Shown here: positions 55,376-64,000 of the stretch, piece after piece
Layout of the letters: each line of letters opens with the position of its first letter
How positions within the stretch are numbered: position 1 is the first letter of the stretch
Assembly (NCBI GenBank): GCA_964428845.1
Contig: CAYRZH010000001.1
Coordinates: 138,990 to 202,989, forward strand
DNA: 64,000 bases
From: an uncultured Candidatus Saccharibacteria bacterium
Lineage (GTDB): Bacteria; Patescibacteriota; Minisyncoccia; Phycocordibacterales; DATGWK01
Direction: 5' to 3'
Notes under the pieces: generated by a model
What the model was told of the DNA's origin: nothing
Database searches by the model: none
The model's input: the letters and a program-made list of their open reading frames with translations, nothing else
Position numbers and translations under genes: made by a program

Positions 55376-55588
55376 ATGACTGACCGCACTTCTATTCCCC
55401 AAAATGATGATGACCTTACATCTCTTACCAAAGAGGCTCTTGCTGATATCCTAGGCCGAGAACCTACTCGGCAAGAGATTTTACGTGCTCATGCTGGATT
55501 TAAACGTATGGCCTTTGTGATGATGGAGCATTTAGAGAAGGAGAATAAGGAGGAAAAGAGCAACAAAAAGAGAAGGGCTAACGGATAG
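55376..55588 (+). CDS. small protein P1 (paralog of 56770-57048 gene)
   Basis: LADILGREPTRQEILRAHAGFKRMAFVMMEHL matches LADVLGREPSRQEVWKVHAGFKRMAFMLLDHM. Confidence 0.4.
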   Translation: MTDRTSIPQNDDDLTSLTKEALADILGREPTRQEILRAHAGFKRMAFVMMEHLEKENKEEKSNKKRRANG

Positions 55589-55618
55589 CCTCTTCGTTAT
55601 TTTCAATGAGCTGTGTTT

Positions 55619-55909
55619 CTAAAACAAGTGATTCGTACACATCAAACAAGCGCATACCACACAAGGGGCAGTTGGAAACGGCAATAGAAAAACAATCGAT
55701 AACTTTCCGAACCTTGGCTTTTTCGGAGCGATGTATCTTTCAGCAGGTTTTATGGTGATTTCAATCCTCGTTTTTATCTCGATCTCAAGAAGTTTCTGAC
55801 AGCTGGGACAACGCATCGTGAATGAAGCATTGGAATTGAATGCTCCGTTCTTGAAGACGATGTTCGTGCAATGCGGGCAATTGCCAATATTTAATGGTTC
55901 TTGTTCCAT
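55619..55909 (-). CDS. zinc-ribbon protein (CPHC...CPSC) with C-terminal hydrophobic/Cys tail
   Basis: Two CxxC pairs 22 residues apart. Confidence 0.35.
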   Translation of the reverse strand: MEQEPLNIGNCPHCTNIVFKNGAFNSNASFTMRCPSCQKLLEIEIKTRIEITIKPAERYIAPKKPRFGKLSIVFLLPFPTAPCVVCACLMCTNHLF

Positions 55910-56034
55910 ATTATTCGCTGGGGGTTGCTGGTGCTTGGCGTTGATTCCGGAGCTTCAGAAACCTTTGATCATGGAATTAATTAATAAACGTTTCCGGTCG
56001 GGATCGACTACCTCCCGATCGGCTAACGGGCAAA

Positions 56035-56568
56035 TCAGGTGTCATTCATCGCCGTCCTCTTTGCTCCATTCATCGACATCTTTTCAACGAGCTTCGATTT
56101 CATCTCCCCCAAGTTATCCACAGTTTTTTCATCACGTGCGTAATTCTTTTTATTTAAATCTTTTTCTTTATTCTTGTTAGTAGTTCCGGCTGACTGATCT
56201 GACCGGTCTGTATGACCGATGTGCCGGTCTGACTGACCGAGCTTGTTTGAGGTCGGTCTGTGTGACCTATCTAGTTTCAGCAGGTAGTACACGTTGTGGT
56301 AGCGTTGTCGGCCCTTGCGGACGAGATCCAGTTTGATGAGTTCCCGGATACCTCTTTGCACGCTCGAGATGCTGGCTCCTATTTTGCTGGCAATATGCCT
56401 GTGGGACGGAAAGCAAAAACCCTCCTGGTTGGAGTACTCGGCTAGGCAGTTATAAATAGCGATGCCGATCGGACCCAGTGTGCTTCCGTATTCATCGAGA
56501 AGTACCTTGCTGATCCAATACCAGTCACCTTTACGTAGATCCCTGATTGTTATTTTTTCATCCGGCAT
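56035..56568 (-). CDS. winged-helix replication-initiator/replisome-organiser-like protein with internal nucleotide repeats
   Basis: wHTH region (IASKIGASISSVQRGIRELIKLDLVRKG). 3' coding region 56160-56290 contains repeated gaccggtctg/ggtcggtctg units. True start MPDEK at 56568. Confidence 0.4.
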   Translation of the reverse strand: MPDEKITIRDLRKGDWYWISKVLLDEYGSTLGPIGIAIYNCLAEYSNQEGFCFPSHRHIASKIGASISSVQRGIRELIKLDLVRKGRQRYHNVYYLLKLDRSHRPTSNKLGQSDRHIGHTDRSDQSAGTTNKNKEKDLNKKNYARDEKTVDNLGEMKSKLVEKMSMNGAKRTAMNDT

Positions 56569-56769
56569 ACACGAAAAATAAAGGCGTGGTAGTCGACCGA
56601 AACTCCGACCGCGCCTTATCGCTCCTCTCAATGAGGTCACATGCCATTGAGGGGAGAGTAAGGCTCGGTCTACCATTCTCTAGATTTCGGCAGAGCACGA
56701 TCAATGTTATCCATCGCTCGGCAGAAGTCTCGTCGTGTAATTGGATTTTCAAGTTCCCGGATGGTGAAG

Positions 56770-57048
56770 TTAGTCAGCAGACTCTCCCTTCTCGCCAGCA
56801 GGTCTCTCCTCGTCGGTGGCTTCCGAGTCATCCGTTTCCACATCGTCCGGATAAGTCTCTTGATCAGGATTTTCGTTCTCATGTTTTTTGATTTGATCCA
56901 TGTGATCCAAAAGCATGAATGCCATACGCTTAAAGCCAGCGTGGACTTTCCAAACTTCTTGTCGGGACGGCTCTCGGCCGAGTACGTCGGCGAGCGCAGT
57001 GCGGGTAAGCTCGACGAGAGCTTCCTCATCTTTGTCTGGTTTGGACAT
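56770..57048 (-). CDS. small protein P2 (paralog of P1) with acidic tail
   Basis: See P1. Sits immediately downstream of the cro-like gene. Confidence 0.4.
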   Translation of the reverse strand: MSKPDKDEEALVELTRTALADVLGREPSRQEVWKVHAGFKRMAFMLLDHMDQIKKHENENPDQETYPDDVETDDSEATDEERPAGEKGESAD

Positions 57049-57102
57049 GCGGTGGTTTGGTTCATAGAAGTGACCTCACACTTTTATTGACCCCACCTTG
57101 CC

Positions 57103-57309
57103 TTACGGCAAGAAAACTTCCTCTACTCTGACTCCGAGAGCCAAAGCGATCCGCTGGGCAGTTTCGAGATTCGGACGCTTTCGTCCTGTCTCGTACCGGC
57201 TGATCGCAGTGTTGTGCTTAAAACCAAGAATTCGGGCTAGCTGGTATTGCGTTAGCCCCTTCTTGATCCGAAGGTCGCGGAGTTTTATATTCACTGGTGA
57301 TTTGTTCAT
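57103..57309 (-). CDS. Cro/XRE-family HTH repressor (68 aa)
   Basis: LTQYQLARILGFKHNTAISRYETG HTH. Divergent from the cI-like gene. Confidence 0.65.
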   Translation of the reverse strand: MNKSPVNIKLRDLRIKKGLTQYQLARILGFKHNTAISRYETGRKRPNLETAQRIALALGVRVEEVFLP

Positions 57310-57338
57310 AAATTTACTTTTAGACCCCTACAGTCATA

Positions 57339-57454
57339 TTAAGCAAAAATGCTTAATTGGTCAATATAGGAGCTTGTGGATAAGCAAAGTTGCTTAATAT
57401 TTACTAATTTGCTATACTAAGCCTATAAGGTCGCAGTTATTGGATTAAGCAAAA
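57339..57454. promoter_or_regulatory. divergent promoter/operator region with three TTAAGCA-type operator sites
   Basis: ttaagca-aaaa-tgcttaa (57339-57356), taagcaa-ag-ttgctta (57381-57397), half-site ttaagcaaaa (57445-57454). -10 tatact at 57413. Confidence 0.55.
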
Positions 57455-57463
57455 TCAACAAAT

Positions 57464-58183
57464 ATGTCATTTGGTTCATATCTAAAAAAGCAAAGAGAGT
57501 CGCATAATTGGACAATAAAAGAGATAGCTGAACGGCTCGGGTTTTCGTCGAGCTACATCAGCCAGCTCGAAAATGGGGCGCGTATCCCGTCCCAGAAACA
57601 GCTCGCTACTTTTGCTAAGGCCTACGAACTTCCGGAGGAAGAAGTGAGGCAGCATTGGACTGAGGGTAAAATCCAGCAGGTCAGCAAGGAAGGAAAATAT
57701 AAATTTGATATTAAAGATGTCGGCGAGAAGCAGGTGCAGGAAGCCACAAGCAAACTCGAACAGGGGCTCGAAGAATTGAGAAAAAGTTTCTCAACTGACG
57801 GCGGTCATTTTAAATTGCCGGTGCTCGTAGCGATCCCTATTGATGATCTCGACGGTCATCTGAGTCGAACGAGCGACTTCGTTATGATGCCGAAGGAGTC
57901 GATCATTCCCGGTCACCGAGTGTATGGAGTTCGAGTGTCGGAGCATCCTTTGCCGGATGCTGGCATTCTTGCCGGAGATTTTATTATCCTCGATGCCGAT
58001 GTTGCTCCAAAAAACGGCGACATTGTCATCATGAGCACTCCTGATGGCTTGACTATGACCTATTACCACGAACGAGGGGATCACTTGGAAATTCGGCCGG
58101 AGAAAGAAGGTCTTAAGAAATCTTATCCTCTGAGTGAGGCCAAGATGTTAGGAAGGCTCATATATCACATAAAAAAATATTAA
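57464..58183 (+). CDS. CI/LexA-like repressor (XRE HTH + S24 peptidase-like C-terminal domain)
   Basis: N-terminal HTH (WTIKEIAERLGFSSSYISQLENG). C-terminal beta domain (GDFIILDADVAPKNGDIVIM). Confidence 0.65.
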   Translation: MSFGSYLKKQRESHNWTIKEIAERLGFSSSYISQLENGARIPSQKQLATFAKAYELPEEEVRQHWTEGKIQQVSKEGKYKFDIKDVGEKQVQEATSKLEQGLEELRKSFSTDGGHFKLPVLVAIPIDDLDGHLSRTSDFVMMPKESIIPGHRVYGVRVSEHPLPDAGILAGDFIILDADVAPKNGDIVIMSTPDGLTMTYYHERGDHLEIRPEKEGLKKSYPLSEAKMLGRLIYHIKKY

Positions 58184-58238
58184 TCGCCAGGGCTCTCCAA
58201 ACGGAGAGCCCTCAAGCTATCTAACGAAAAAACAAATT

Positions 58239-59760
58239 ATGAACTACTTAATCTACGGCCGCGTCTCTACCTCTCGTCAGGCCGAACGAGAACTGAGTAT
58301 TCCGGCGCAGGTCAAAGCGTGCCAAAAGTACGGCATGGATCATCACTGGAGTCTTGCACCGGATGGCGTCTATGAGGAAAAGGGCGAATCGGCTCGGACG
58401 ACCGTTCGTCCCCAGCTTCAGAAAATGCTTCACCGGGCAAAGACCGACCCGAAAGTTGATGCGATCTTAATGCACAAACTTGATCGCATGTGTCGCAATG
58501 TCGCCGACTACGCGGCAATCAAGATGATGCTCAAAAAGCACGACGTCCGGCTGATCTCGGTAGTCGAGCAATTCGATGAGTCTTTCTCCGGAGAGTTGGT
58601 TGAAAACATCATGTCCTCAATTGCCCAGTGGACGTCCCAGAACATCAGCTGGGAGGTCAAAAAGGGTCTTAGAGAGGCCGTAGAGCGTGGTCGGTTCCCC
58701 GGATATGCGCCAACGGGCTACTTGAACGACAAGAAAACAAAATCGCTCATTGTTGACCATCTACGAGCACCATTCGTAAAGATGGCCTTTGAGCGTTATG
58801 CAACCGGCAAGTATAGTTACGATTCTCTTGCGGCCTATCTTGCCGAGCGCGGTTTCAAAAGCAAATATGGCAATTTAGTGAGACGAACGTCGATTGAACA
58901 TATCCTCGCAAACCCAATTTACTACGGCCTCGTCAAAACACGTTCGGCAACATGTCAGGCAAACTTCCCAAAACTCATCACCAAGAAGCTCTTTGACGAC
59001 GTCCAAGAAATCATCCAACAACACAATCACGCCGCCGATCGGAGTCGGAAGCACTCGTACCCAATGTCCGGCTTTATGCGGTGCGCCGTGTGTGGTTCTA
59101 CGCTCTGTGGGCAGATGCAAAAGGGTCATCTCTACTACTCATGTACCCATTGGAATGACCGTAAGTGTACAGAACGAAAGTACATTCGATGGGAGCTTGT
59201 TGAGCAACAGGTAGAAAATCATCTTTCTCGCATACAACTACCGGATCGCTTTAAGAGAGTCTTGGATGAGTACATCGAGCACTTTGCGACAGAGCGATTA
59301 GGTCAAGAAGAAAAGGAGCGTAAAAGTCTCAAGCAGGAGCTGGTGAGAGTGCAACAGCAGATACGCAACATAGTCGTAGATCGCTCAAAACGCATCATGG
59401 ACGCCGAGGTGTTTATAAAGATTCAAGACGAGCTCTTGAGGGAAAAAGAGATGTATCAGGATCGTTTACGGGTGCTTGAGGGTAAGTCTGATAAGTTCGT
59501 GCAGAAGTTCAATGAGATACTGGAATTCGCAGATCATGCAGACAAAGTGTTCCAGACCAGTAGCATGCACCAGAAGCGTTTAGTCGTGAAGCTCTGTTTT
59601 GACGGCTTCACCGTGCAAAATCAAAAACTGACGCCAATCTGGACGCCAGTCTTTGATGTTCTTATGGACTTAAACTCTAGCAACTTCGAGCCCCCAAAAG
59701 TCGGCGGCAAGGGCTCGAAAGACTCGAAAACCCTTGCCGTGACTAAAGTTCAAAGTTGCC
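58239..59760 (+). CDS. large serine recombinase/integrase (true 3' end uncertain; the ORF reads through tRNA-Ser)
   Basis: N-terminal resolvase domain (YGRVSTSRQ catalytic Ser region). Recombinase domain. Zinc-ribbon CAVCGS...CTHWNDRKC. Coiled-coil. Beyond ~59760 the frame translates the tRNA antisense (GGEIRTHG). Confidence 0.7.
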
Positions 59761-59764
59761 AATC

Positions 59765-59854
59765 TGGCGGAGGAGGTGAGATTCGAACTCACGGGACCCT
59801 TGCGAGCCCTCTAGTTTTCAAGACTAGCGCATTCGACCGCTCTGCCACTCCTCC
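59765..59854 (-). tRNA. tRNA-Ser (anticodon UGA), CCA encoded
   Basis: Reverse complement GGAGGAG-TG-GCAG...CTAGT-CTTGAAA-ACTAG-long variable arm-GTGAG-TTCGAAT-CTCAC-CTCCTCC-G-CCA. 90 nt. Confidence 0.8.
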
Positions 59855-59939
59855 TTGTTTTTGTCAGGTTTGTAGTTTACAAACCTTACTGCTACACACT
59901 TTTCAATTCACTTTCCTCCCTCACCGGTGGGGATTCCCT

Positions 59940-60248
59940 CTATTCCTTATTTTCCACAGCGCCGACTTTCTCCTTCCCATCTCCCGCCCTCTCCACTTCC
60001 ATGGTGACCGAATACTTTCTTGCCACAAAGAAAAGATAAATAATTTCAAGAATGCCGGCAGTATTTGCGACAAGAATTATGATAAACCAGATTCGGTGTG
60101 ACAGTCGGGCGGCTTTCCAAACAGCAAGTCCTTTCCATACCAAGGTCCAGACCATGAGCAATCCAAAAATCACAGGGTGGCTGTTGAAGAAAGAGGCGGT
60201 TTGGCCAAACATTTGTCCAAGTTGCCCAAATTGATTGAAGGATTCCAT
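59940..60248 (-). CDS. small membrane protein
   Basis: Two TM helices. Conflicts only with non-credible read-through extensions. Confidence 0.3.
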   Translation of the reverse strand: MESFNQFGQLGQMFGQTASFFNSHPVIFGLLMVWTLVWKGLAVWKAARLSHRIWFIIILVANTAGILEIIYLFFVARKYSVTMEVERAGDGKEKVGAVENKE

Positions 60249-60341
60249 ACTAATGTCTATCGGCGACCGCTACACTATACCCCAAACTCTGTGATCTTAA
60301 AAGGATTTTGGGGACCGCTCTTTTTCGGTTACAATTCGCTC

Positions 60342-60746
60342 ATGGGAAGATTTCTTGGAATTGATTTCGGGTCAAAGCGAGTCGGCGTCGCTCTTTCAGA
60401 TGAGAGCAAAAAAATAGCTATGCCTCTTGCCGTTTTGCCCAACGACAGAACTCTCTTTAGGGAAATAAAGGGGTTTTGCGAAAGTCGTGACGTGGAAGCG
60501 ATCGTAATGGGGGAGTCGAAGGACTTCAAGGGCAAGAGTAATTCGATAATGAAGAGTATAGAGCTTTTTAAGGCCGAACTTGAGCGTGATTTAAAACTTC
60601 CCGTCTATCTCGAGCCGGAATTTCTAACTTCAGAACATGCCAAACGCGCCCAAGGTGACCACCCGCTCCTCGATGCTTCTGCCGCCGCTCTTATCCTGCA
60701 AAGTTTCTTAGATAAAGGAAACCATAAACAATCCTTTGGTATATAA
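60342..60746 (+). CDS. ruvX: Holliday junction resolvase-like protein RuvX/YqgF
   Basis: MGRFLGIDFGSKRVGVALSD (RNase H-like YqgF start). The listed start 60177 is an upstream extension. Confidence 0.8.
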   Translation: MGRFLGIDFGSKRVGVALSDESKKIAMPLAVLPNDRTLFREIKGFCESRDVEAIVMGESKDFKGKSNSIMKSIELFKAELERDLKLPVYLEPEFLTSEHAKRAQGDHPLLDASAAALILQSFLDKGNHKQSFGI

Positions 60747-60753
60747 TTGAATC

Positions 60754-61803
60754 ATGGTAAGAAAAAGTTTTTTTGATCTTTTCCCTCCACCCCAATTTCT
60801 CTCAATGCCTGCTGCCGGCATCTCTATAAACGAAGACGCCATTAGGTTTCTTAATTTCAAATTTCGAAACGGAGTAGTAATTCTCACGGATTTTGGTGAA
60901 GAAAAATTACCTGAAGGAAGTATCGAATCAGGCGCTCCGGCAAAAAAGGATCAGATCATTTCAGTTTTAAGGAAACTAAAGCATGGACATGGCATTACAT
61001 ATGCCAATGTTGCTCTGCCGGAGGACAAGGCCTACGTCTTTAAAGCAAATGTCTCTGTGCCAAAGGGAGCAAACCTCGCCGACTCGGTAGGTTTTATCCT
61101 TGAAGAAAATATTCCGCTTTCTCCTGCAGAAACAGTATTTGATTTTGCTGTAGTGAGAGGCGGAAATATGATCTCGGGTACAGAGGCTTCGGCGGAAGAA
61201 AGTCAGACTACTAGCGAAGTCGTCGTTTCAGCACTTCCACAGGAGACCGTAGAGGCCTATCTGGATATTTGTAAGCAGGCTGATATAAATGTATTGCAGT
61301 TTGATATCGAGTCGGAGGCAGTCGCAAGGTCTGTAGTGCCTAGGAATGACACGGGGACTCGCCTCATCGTTCATTTCAACCTGGATAAAGTGGTGCTCGC
61401 AATTGTTTCTTATGGCTTGGTCCAATTTGCCTCTGTAGTCAATCCAGCGGCTGAAACTTCCGTCCGAGCTGTAGAATCTCGTTCCAGAGAAAATCTCGCA
61501 GAATCAGTGGAGCTTATTGCCCTACGTGACGAGATAAAAAAGATTTGTTTATACTGGCAGTCAAATCGCGGTGGTTCAAAACAGAAGACCGAAGCTAAAA
61601 TAGAATCAATCATTGTTTCTGGCCAGGTCGACCAGAAGTTAAACATAACCTCTTATCTGTCCAAACATATTGGATTGCCGACCGATCTAGCAAACGTCTG
61701 GCAAAACGCTTTTTCTTTCGACGAGACTATCCCGAAAATTCCCTTTGAGGACTCTTTGCGTTTTGCTGGAGCGATTGGTTTGGCACTTCCCGCGAAGAGA
61801 TAG
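60754..61803 (+). CDS. pilM: type IV pilus assembly protein PilM (actin-like)
   Basis: About 350 aa, directly upstream of PilN/PilO-like genes. Confidence 0.6.
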   Translation: MVRKSFFDLFPPPQFLSMPAAGISINEDAIRFLNFKFRNGVVILTDFGEEKLPEGSIESGAPAKKDQIISVLRKLKHGHGITYANVALPEDKAYVFKANVSVPKGANLADSVGFILEENIPLSPAETVFDFAVVRGGNMISGTEASAEESQTTSEVVVSALPQETVEAYLDICKQADINVLQFDIESEAVARSVVPRNDTGTRLIVHFNLDKVVLAIVSYGLVQFASVVNPAAETSVRAVESRSRENLAESVELIALRDEIKKICLYWQSNRGGSKQKTEAKIESIIVSGQVDQKLNITSYLSKHIGLPTDLANVWQNAFSFDETIPKIPFEDSLRFAGAIGLALPAKR

Positions 61804-61819
61804 GTATTAAAAAATACAA

Positions 61820-62359
61820 ATGTTTAATCTTTTACCTCAAGAAGAAAAAGTGGCAATAAGAAAGGAGTATTCTCTGCGCAGACTGACAGTTATCTTCTTT
61901 TTCATTTCTCTGGTGGCGGCTGTTTCCTTGGTGTTGCTACTTTCCTCATATCTACTTTCTCGTGTCAGAGAAAAAGGGACTGTACTGCGTCTCGAGGCAA
62001 GCAAAGCGGTGGTGAACAAAAACACCCCCGGAGAAGATCTTGCCACGGTCATTCTTACAGCTCGGACCAACGCAGATATTTTAGATGTTTCTAGAAAGAA
62101 TGTTTCTGTTTACGACCTATTTCGTGTTTTCGAAGACAAGAATTCAGCTATACGTATAGATGACCTATTCTACACAGCTCGTGGCAAGGACGAGATAAAG
62201 ATCACGGTGAGAGGTACGGCTCGTGACCGCGAAAGCCTGATCGAATTCGAAAAAAAACTTGAAAGTCAGAAAAGTTTTTCTAGTGTAGATTTGCCGATCT
62301 CGAACTTGGCCAAAGAAAAAGATATAGATTTTACTATCGGTATCGTGATGAAAAATTAG
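61820..62359 (+). CDS. pilN: type IV pilus assembly protein PilN
   Basis: MFNLLPQEEK (characteristic NLLP start) followed by a TM and a periplasmic domain. Confidence 0.6.
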   Translation: MFNLLPQEEKVAIRKEYSLRRLTVIFFFISLVAAVSLVLLLSSYLLSRVREKGTVLRLEASKAVVNKNTPGEDLATVILTARTNADILDVSRKNVSVYDLFRVFEDKNSAIRIDDLFYTARGKDEIKITVRGTARDRESLIEFEKKLESQKSFSSVDLPISNLAKEKDIDFTIGIVMKN

Positions 62360-62365
62360 AGAACG

Positions 62366-62929
62366 ATGAAAACTCACACGACAAAAAGTATATTTGTAAC
62401 GACGGTGGTGATAGCGGTTGCTCTTATCGCTCTCAATTATCTTCTATTTACCATCGTTAAGACTACCAACGAGAGAACTGCAGGACTTTCCGAGGAGGTC
62501 CTTCTCTACGAGAAGAGACAAAACGAATTATCTGGTCGGGGTGGGATGGCCGATATCAATGTGCTCATAGAAAAAGTTAATTCGTATTTCATAGGTAAGG
62601 ATGATGTCGTGAAGTTTATTGAAAACATAGAAAGAGAGGCTCGAGAGGGGGGAGTTGGTCTTGCTATAAGATCTGTAGAGACAGAGACTTTTGGTAGTAA
62701 GGATGGTGAGAAAACTGTAGTAGACAAAACCAAAGAGACAATGCGGCTCAAGCTCGAAGCCACTGGCACTTGGAGAAATACCACGAGGTTTATAACTTTT
62801 CTTGAACATTTACCATACAAAGTGACGGTGGTTGAGATCGGTTTGTCCAAGACTACGGAGATTGAGAAGGGGTCGAAGTTGCCGATCTGGCGAGCCAGGA
62901 TAGAACTTACTGTTCCTAAACACAAATAA
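62366..62929 (+). CDS. pilO: PilO-like pilus assembly protein
   Basis: N-terminal TM plus coiled-coil periplasmic domain. Position after pilN. Confidence 0.45.
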   Translation: MKTHTTKSIFVTTVVIAVALIALNYLLFTIVKTTNERTAGLSEEVLLYEKRQNELSGRGGMADINVLIEKVNSYFIGKDDVVKFIENIEREAREGGVGLAIRSVETETFGSKDGEKTVVDKTKETMRLKLEATGTWRNTTRFITFLEHLPYKVTVVEIGLSKTTEIEKGSKLPIWRARIELTVPKHK

Positions 62930-62930
62930 C

Positions 62931-63260
62931 ATGTTTTCCAAAATCCACTTTTTTTCAAAAGATAAAAATTCCGGAGCCAGCAATGGCCACTCCGACTTTT
63001 CCCTCAAGGTCCGTCGAGATTGGAGAAACCTTCTTTTGTTCATGCTTGCTCTCGGGGCAGTAGTTATTATTTTGGACGGGTACTTGTTGTGGAGAGTCAG
63101 CCAAGGAGATTTTTTTGTGTCTTCAGTAGTGGATAAAGATGATACAACAAGTTCAGACCAGAAGATACTCTCAAATACTGTAAAGTTTTTCGACGAGCGC
63201 GCCGCCAATTTCAATGCTTTCAAAAACACCCCACCGTCCGAAATTGACCCGTCTCTTTAG
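62931..63260 (+). CDS. membrane-anchored hypothetical (possible PilP-like)
   Basis: TM plus small periplasmic domain. Assigned by position only. Confidence 0.25.
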   Translation: MFSKIHFFSKDKNSGASNGHSDFSLKVRRDWRNLLLFMLALGAVVIILDGYLLWRVSQGDFFVSSVVDKDDTTSSDQKILSNTVKFFDERAANFNAFKNTPPSEIDPSL

Positions 63261-63365
63261 CGCTGGTATATTTCGTCTATTGCCCTTGTAGCTCAATGGG
63301 TAGAAAAGAAGCCTCATTTTATCCAGAAAGCGTTTTGGGTTAGAACGGTATGTTATAATCCTGCT

Positions 63366-63677
63366 ATGCCCTACAAGGACAAGATTAAGCTTTACGCTGC
63401 ACAAAAACGACACAGAATAAAAATTCGTACCCGATTATCCGAATTTTTGTCTACAAAATGTTGTATAGATTGTGGAGAGAATGATCCTATAGTTTTGGAA
63501 TTTGATCACCGTAACACTAAAAATAAATTCAAAATTATTGGAAAAATGTTGTCGGGCCATTACTCATGGGAATCTGTTTCTCGCGAGATAAAAAAATGTC
63601 AAATTCGATGTGCAAATTGTCATAGGCGCAAAACGTATATTGAGCAAAAAAGTTGGGGCAGAAGTATGTCCTCGTAG
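63366..63677 (+). CDS. HNH endonuclease
   Basis: CIDCGENDPIVLEFDHRN...CQIRCANCHRRKT matches the HNH C..C...H-N...C..C..H fold. The 3' end overlaps tRNA-Arg(UCU) by ~10 nt. Confidence 0.65.
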   Translation: MPYKDKIKLYAAQKRHRIKIRTRLSEFLSTKCCIDCGENDPIVLEFDHRNTKNKFKIIGKMLSGHYSWESVSREIKKCQIRCANCHRRKTYIEQKSWGRSMSS

Positions 63678-63739
63678 TTAAATGGATATAACTGGAGACT
63701 TCTAATCTCCCGTTGCAGGTTCGATTCCTGCCGAGGGCA
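63668..63739 (+). tRNA. tRNA-Arg (anticodon UCU)
   Basis: GTCCTCG-TA-GTTA-AATGGATA-TAAC-T-GGAGA-CTTCTAA-TCTCC-CGTT-GCAGG-TTCGATT-CCTGC-CGAGGGC-A. Acceptor and T-arm identical to the tRNA-Arg at 25819-25890. Confidence 0.75.
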
Positions 63740-63873
63740 CAAAATAAGCGTAGCGAATTTTATGCCTGAAAGGGCGCACCAAAGTTTGATAATCCCTAGG
63801 CTTTTTGATAGTCTGTTTTTGGAATCAGACGGAATGTCCGGCTGAAACAGTACTTTCAAGCGAAAGGGGACTG

Positions 63874-64000
63874 ATGCAGACATTCGAAACCCAAGTTGCC
63901 GGACTGACATTGAGACGTCCGGTGATGAATGCTGCGGGCACGTGTAAGCTTCTTCCGGATGTGCAAACCTTCGCCGGATCAGACTGCGCCGCCATCGTGG
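63874..64000 (+). CDS. pyrD: dihydroorotate dehydrogenase-like (class 1), 5' portion (continues past window)
   Basis: MQTFETQVAGLTLRRPVMNAAGTCK matches the class 1 DHOD N-terminus (L.L.NPvMNASG). Confidence 0.45.
   Translation, partial: MQTFETQVAGLTLRRPVMNAAGTCKLLPDVQTFAGSDCAAIV

Larger units (their letters stand above)
55376..59854. mobile_element. small integrative element adjacent to tRNA-Ser (Cro/CI switch, Rep-like gene, serine recombinase)
   Basis: Module order: small paralog P1 (+), Zn-ribbon (-), Rep-like wHTH (-), small paralog P2 (-), cro-like (-), cI-like S24 (+), large serine recombinase (+), tRNA-Ser. The left boundary is not defined by an obvious att repeat. Confidence 0.45.

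Noticed and set aside
58239-60101. Listed 620-aa ORF for the serine recombinase extending to 60101
   Set aside because: From ~59765 the frame is the antisense of tRNA-Ser (the classic GGEIRTHG translation of a T-arm) and then runs into a convergent membrane-protein gene. The 3' ~110 codons are not credible coding sequence.
63281-63365. Calling 63281-63365 a complete tRNA gene
   Set aside because: Only the acceptor 5' strand, D-stem 5' strand and D-loop are tRNA-like. No anticodon arm or T-arm can be formed.
1-64000. rRNA genes or CRISPR arrays anywhere in the window
   Set aside because: There are no long stretches with rRNA-like conserved motifs and no regularly spaced short direct repeats.

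Overview
This window looks like a compact, Shine-Dalgarno-poor bacterial chromosome of mostly housekeeping genes, interrupted by at least five accessory segments. The housekeeping genes are dnaN (3' part), PBP1A, tyrS, ruvC/yebC/ruvB, ruvA, pilB, pilMNO, tsaE, polA, a holA-like gene, fpg, a murE-like ligase, rpsT, ruvX and a pyrD-like gene. There are five tRNAs: Lys-UUU, Arg-GCG, Ser-UGA, Arg-UCU and a tRNA-like fragment.

The accessory segments are:
(1) A GC-rich three-gene module around an orphan MutS-domain-V-like ATPase (9.5-12.4 kb).
(2) A ~1 kb non-coding region next to tRNA-Lys holding two tRNA-derived structured repeat units with compensatory hairpin changes. It also contains a self-contained minus-strand transcription unit: promoter, structured leader, 65-codon basic ORF, terminator.
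(3) A GC-rich purL + cfa island, followed by a 33-bp direct-repeat-bracketed regulator cassette and a prophage-like lysis remnant. The remnant has a holin-like gene, an amidase, a holin-like gene and an 822-aa protein, and ends in a truncated ABC/SMC-type ATPase fragment.
(4) A ~15 kb AT-rich, single-strand array of about 26 tightly packed genes for copper/metal handling and extracytoplasmic thiol-redox. These include DsbA-like, CcdA-like and TlpA-like proteins, a CsoR-like regulator, three YHS/TRASH paralogs, a CopA P1B-ATPase with an unusual CPD motif, and a multicopper oxidase.
(5) A small integrative element at tRNA-Ser. It carries a Cro/CI switch with TTAAGCA operators, a Rep-like winged-helix gene with internal iteron-like repeats, inverted paralogous small genes, and a large serine recombinase reading into the tRNA.

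Also present are a ~187-nt long imperfect palindrome between ruvC and yebC, a 17-bp-TIR MITE-like element upstream of ruvB, and an HNH endonuclease gene overlapping the 5' end of tRNA-Arg(UCU).

All calls come from reading the ORF translations and the nucleotide sequence. No database searches were run.
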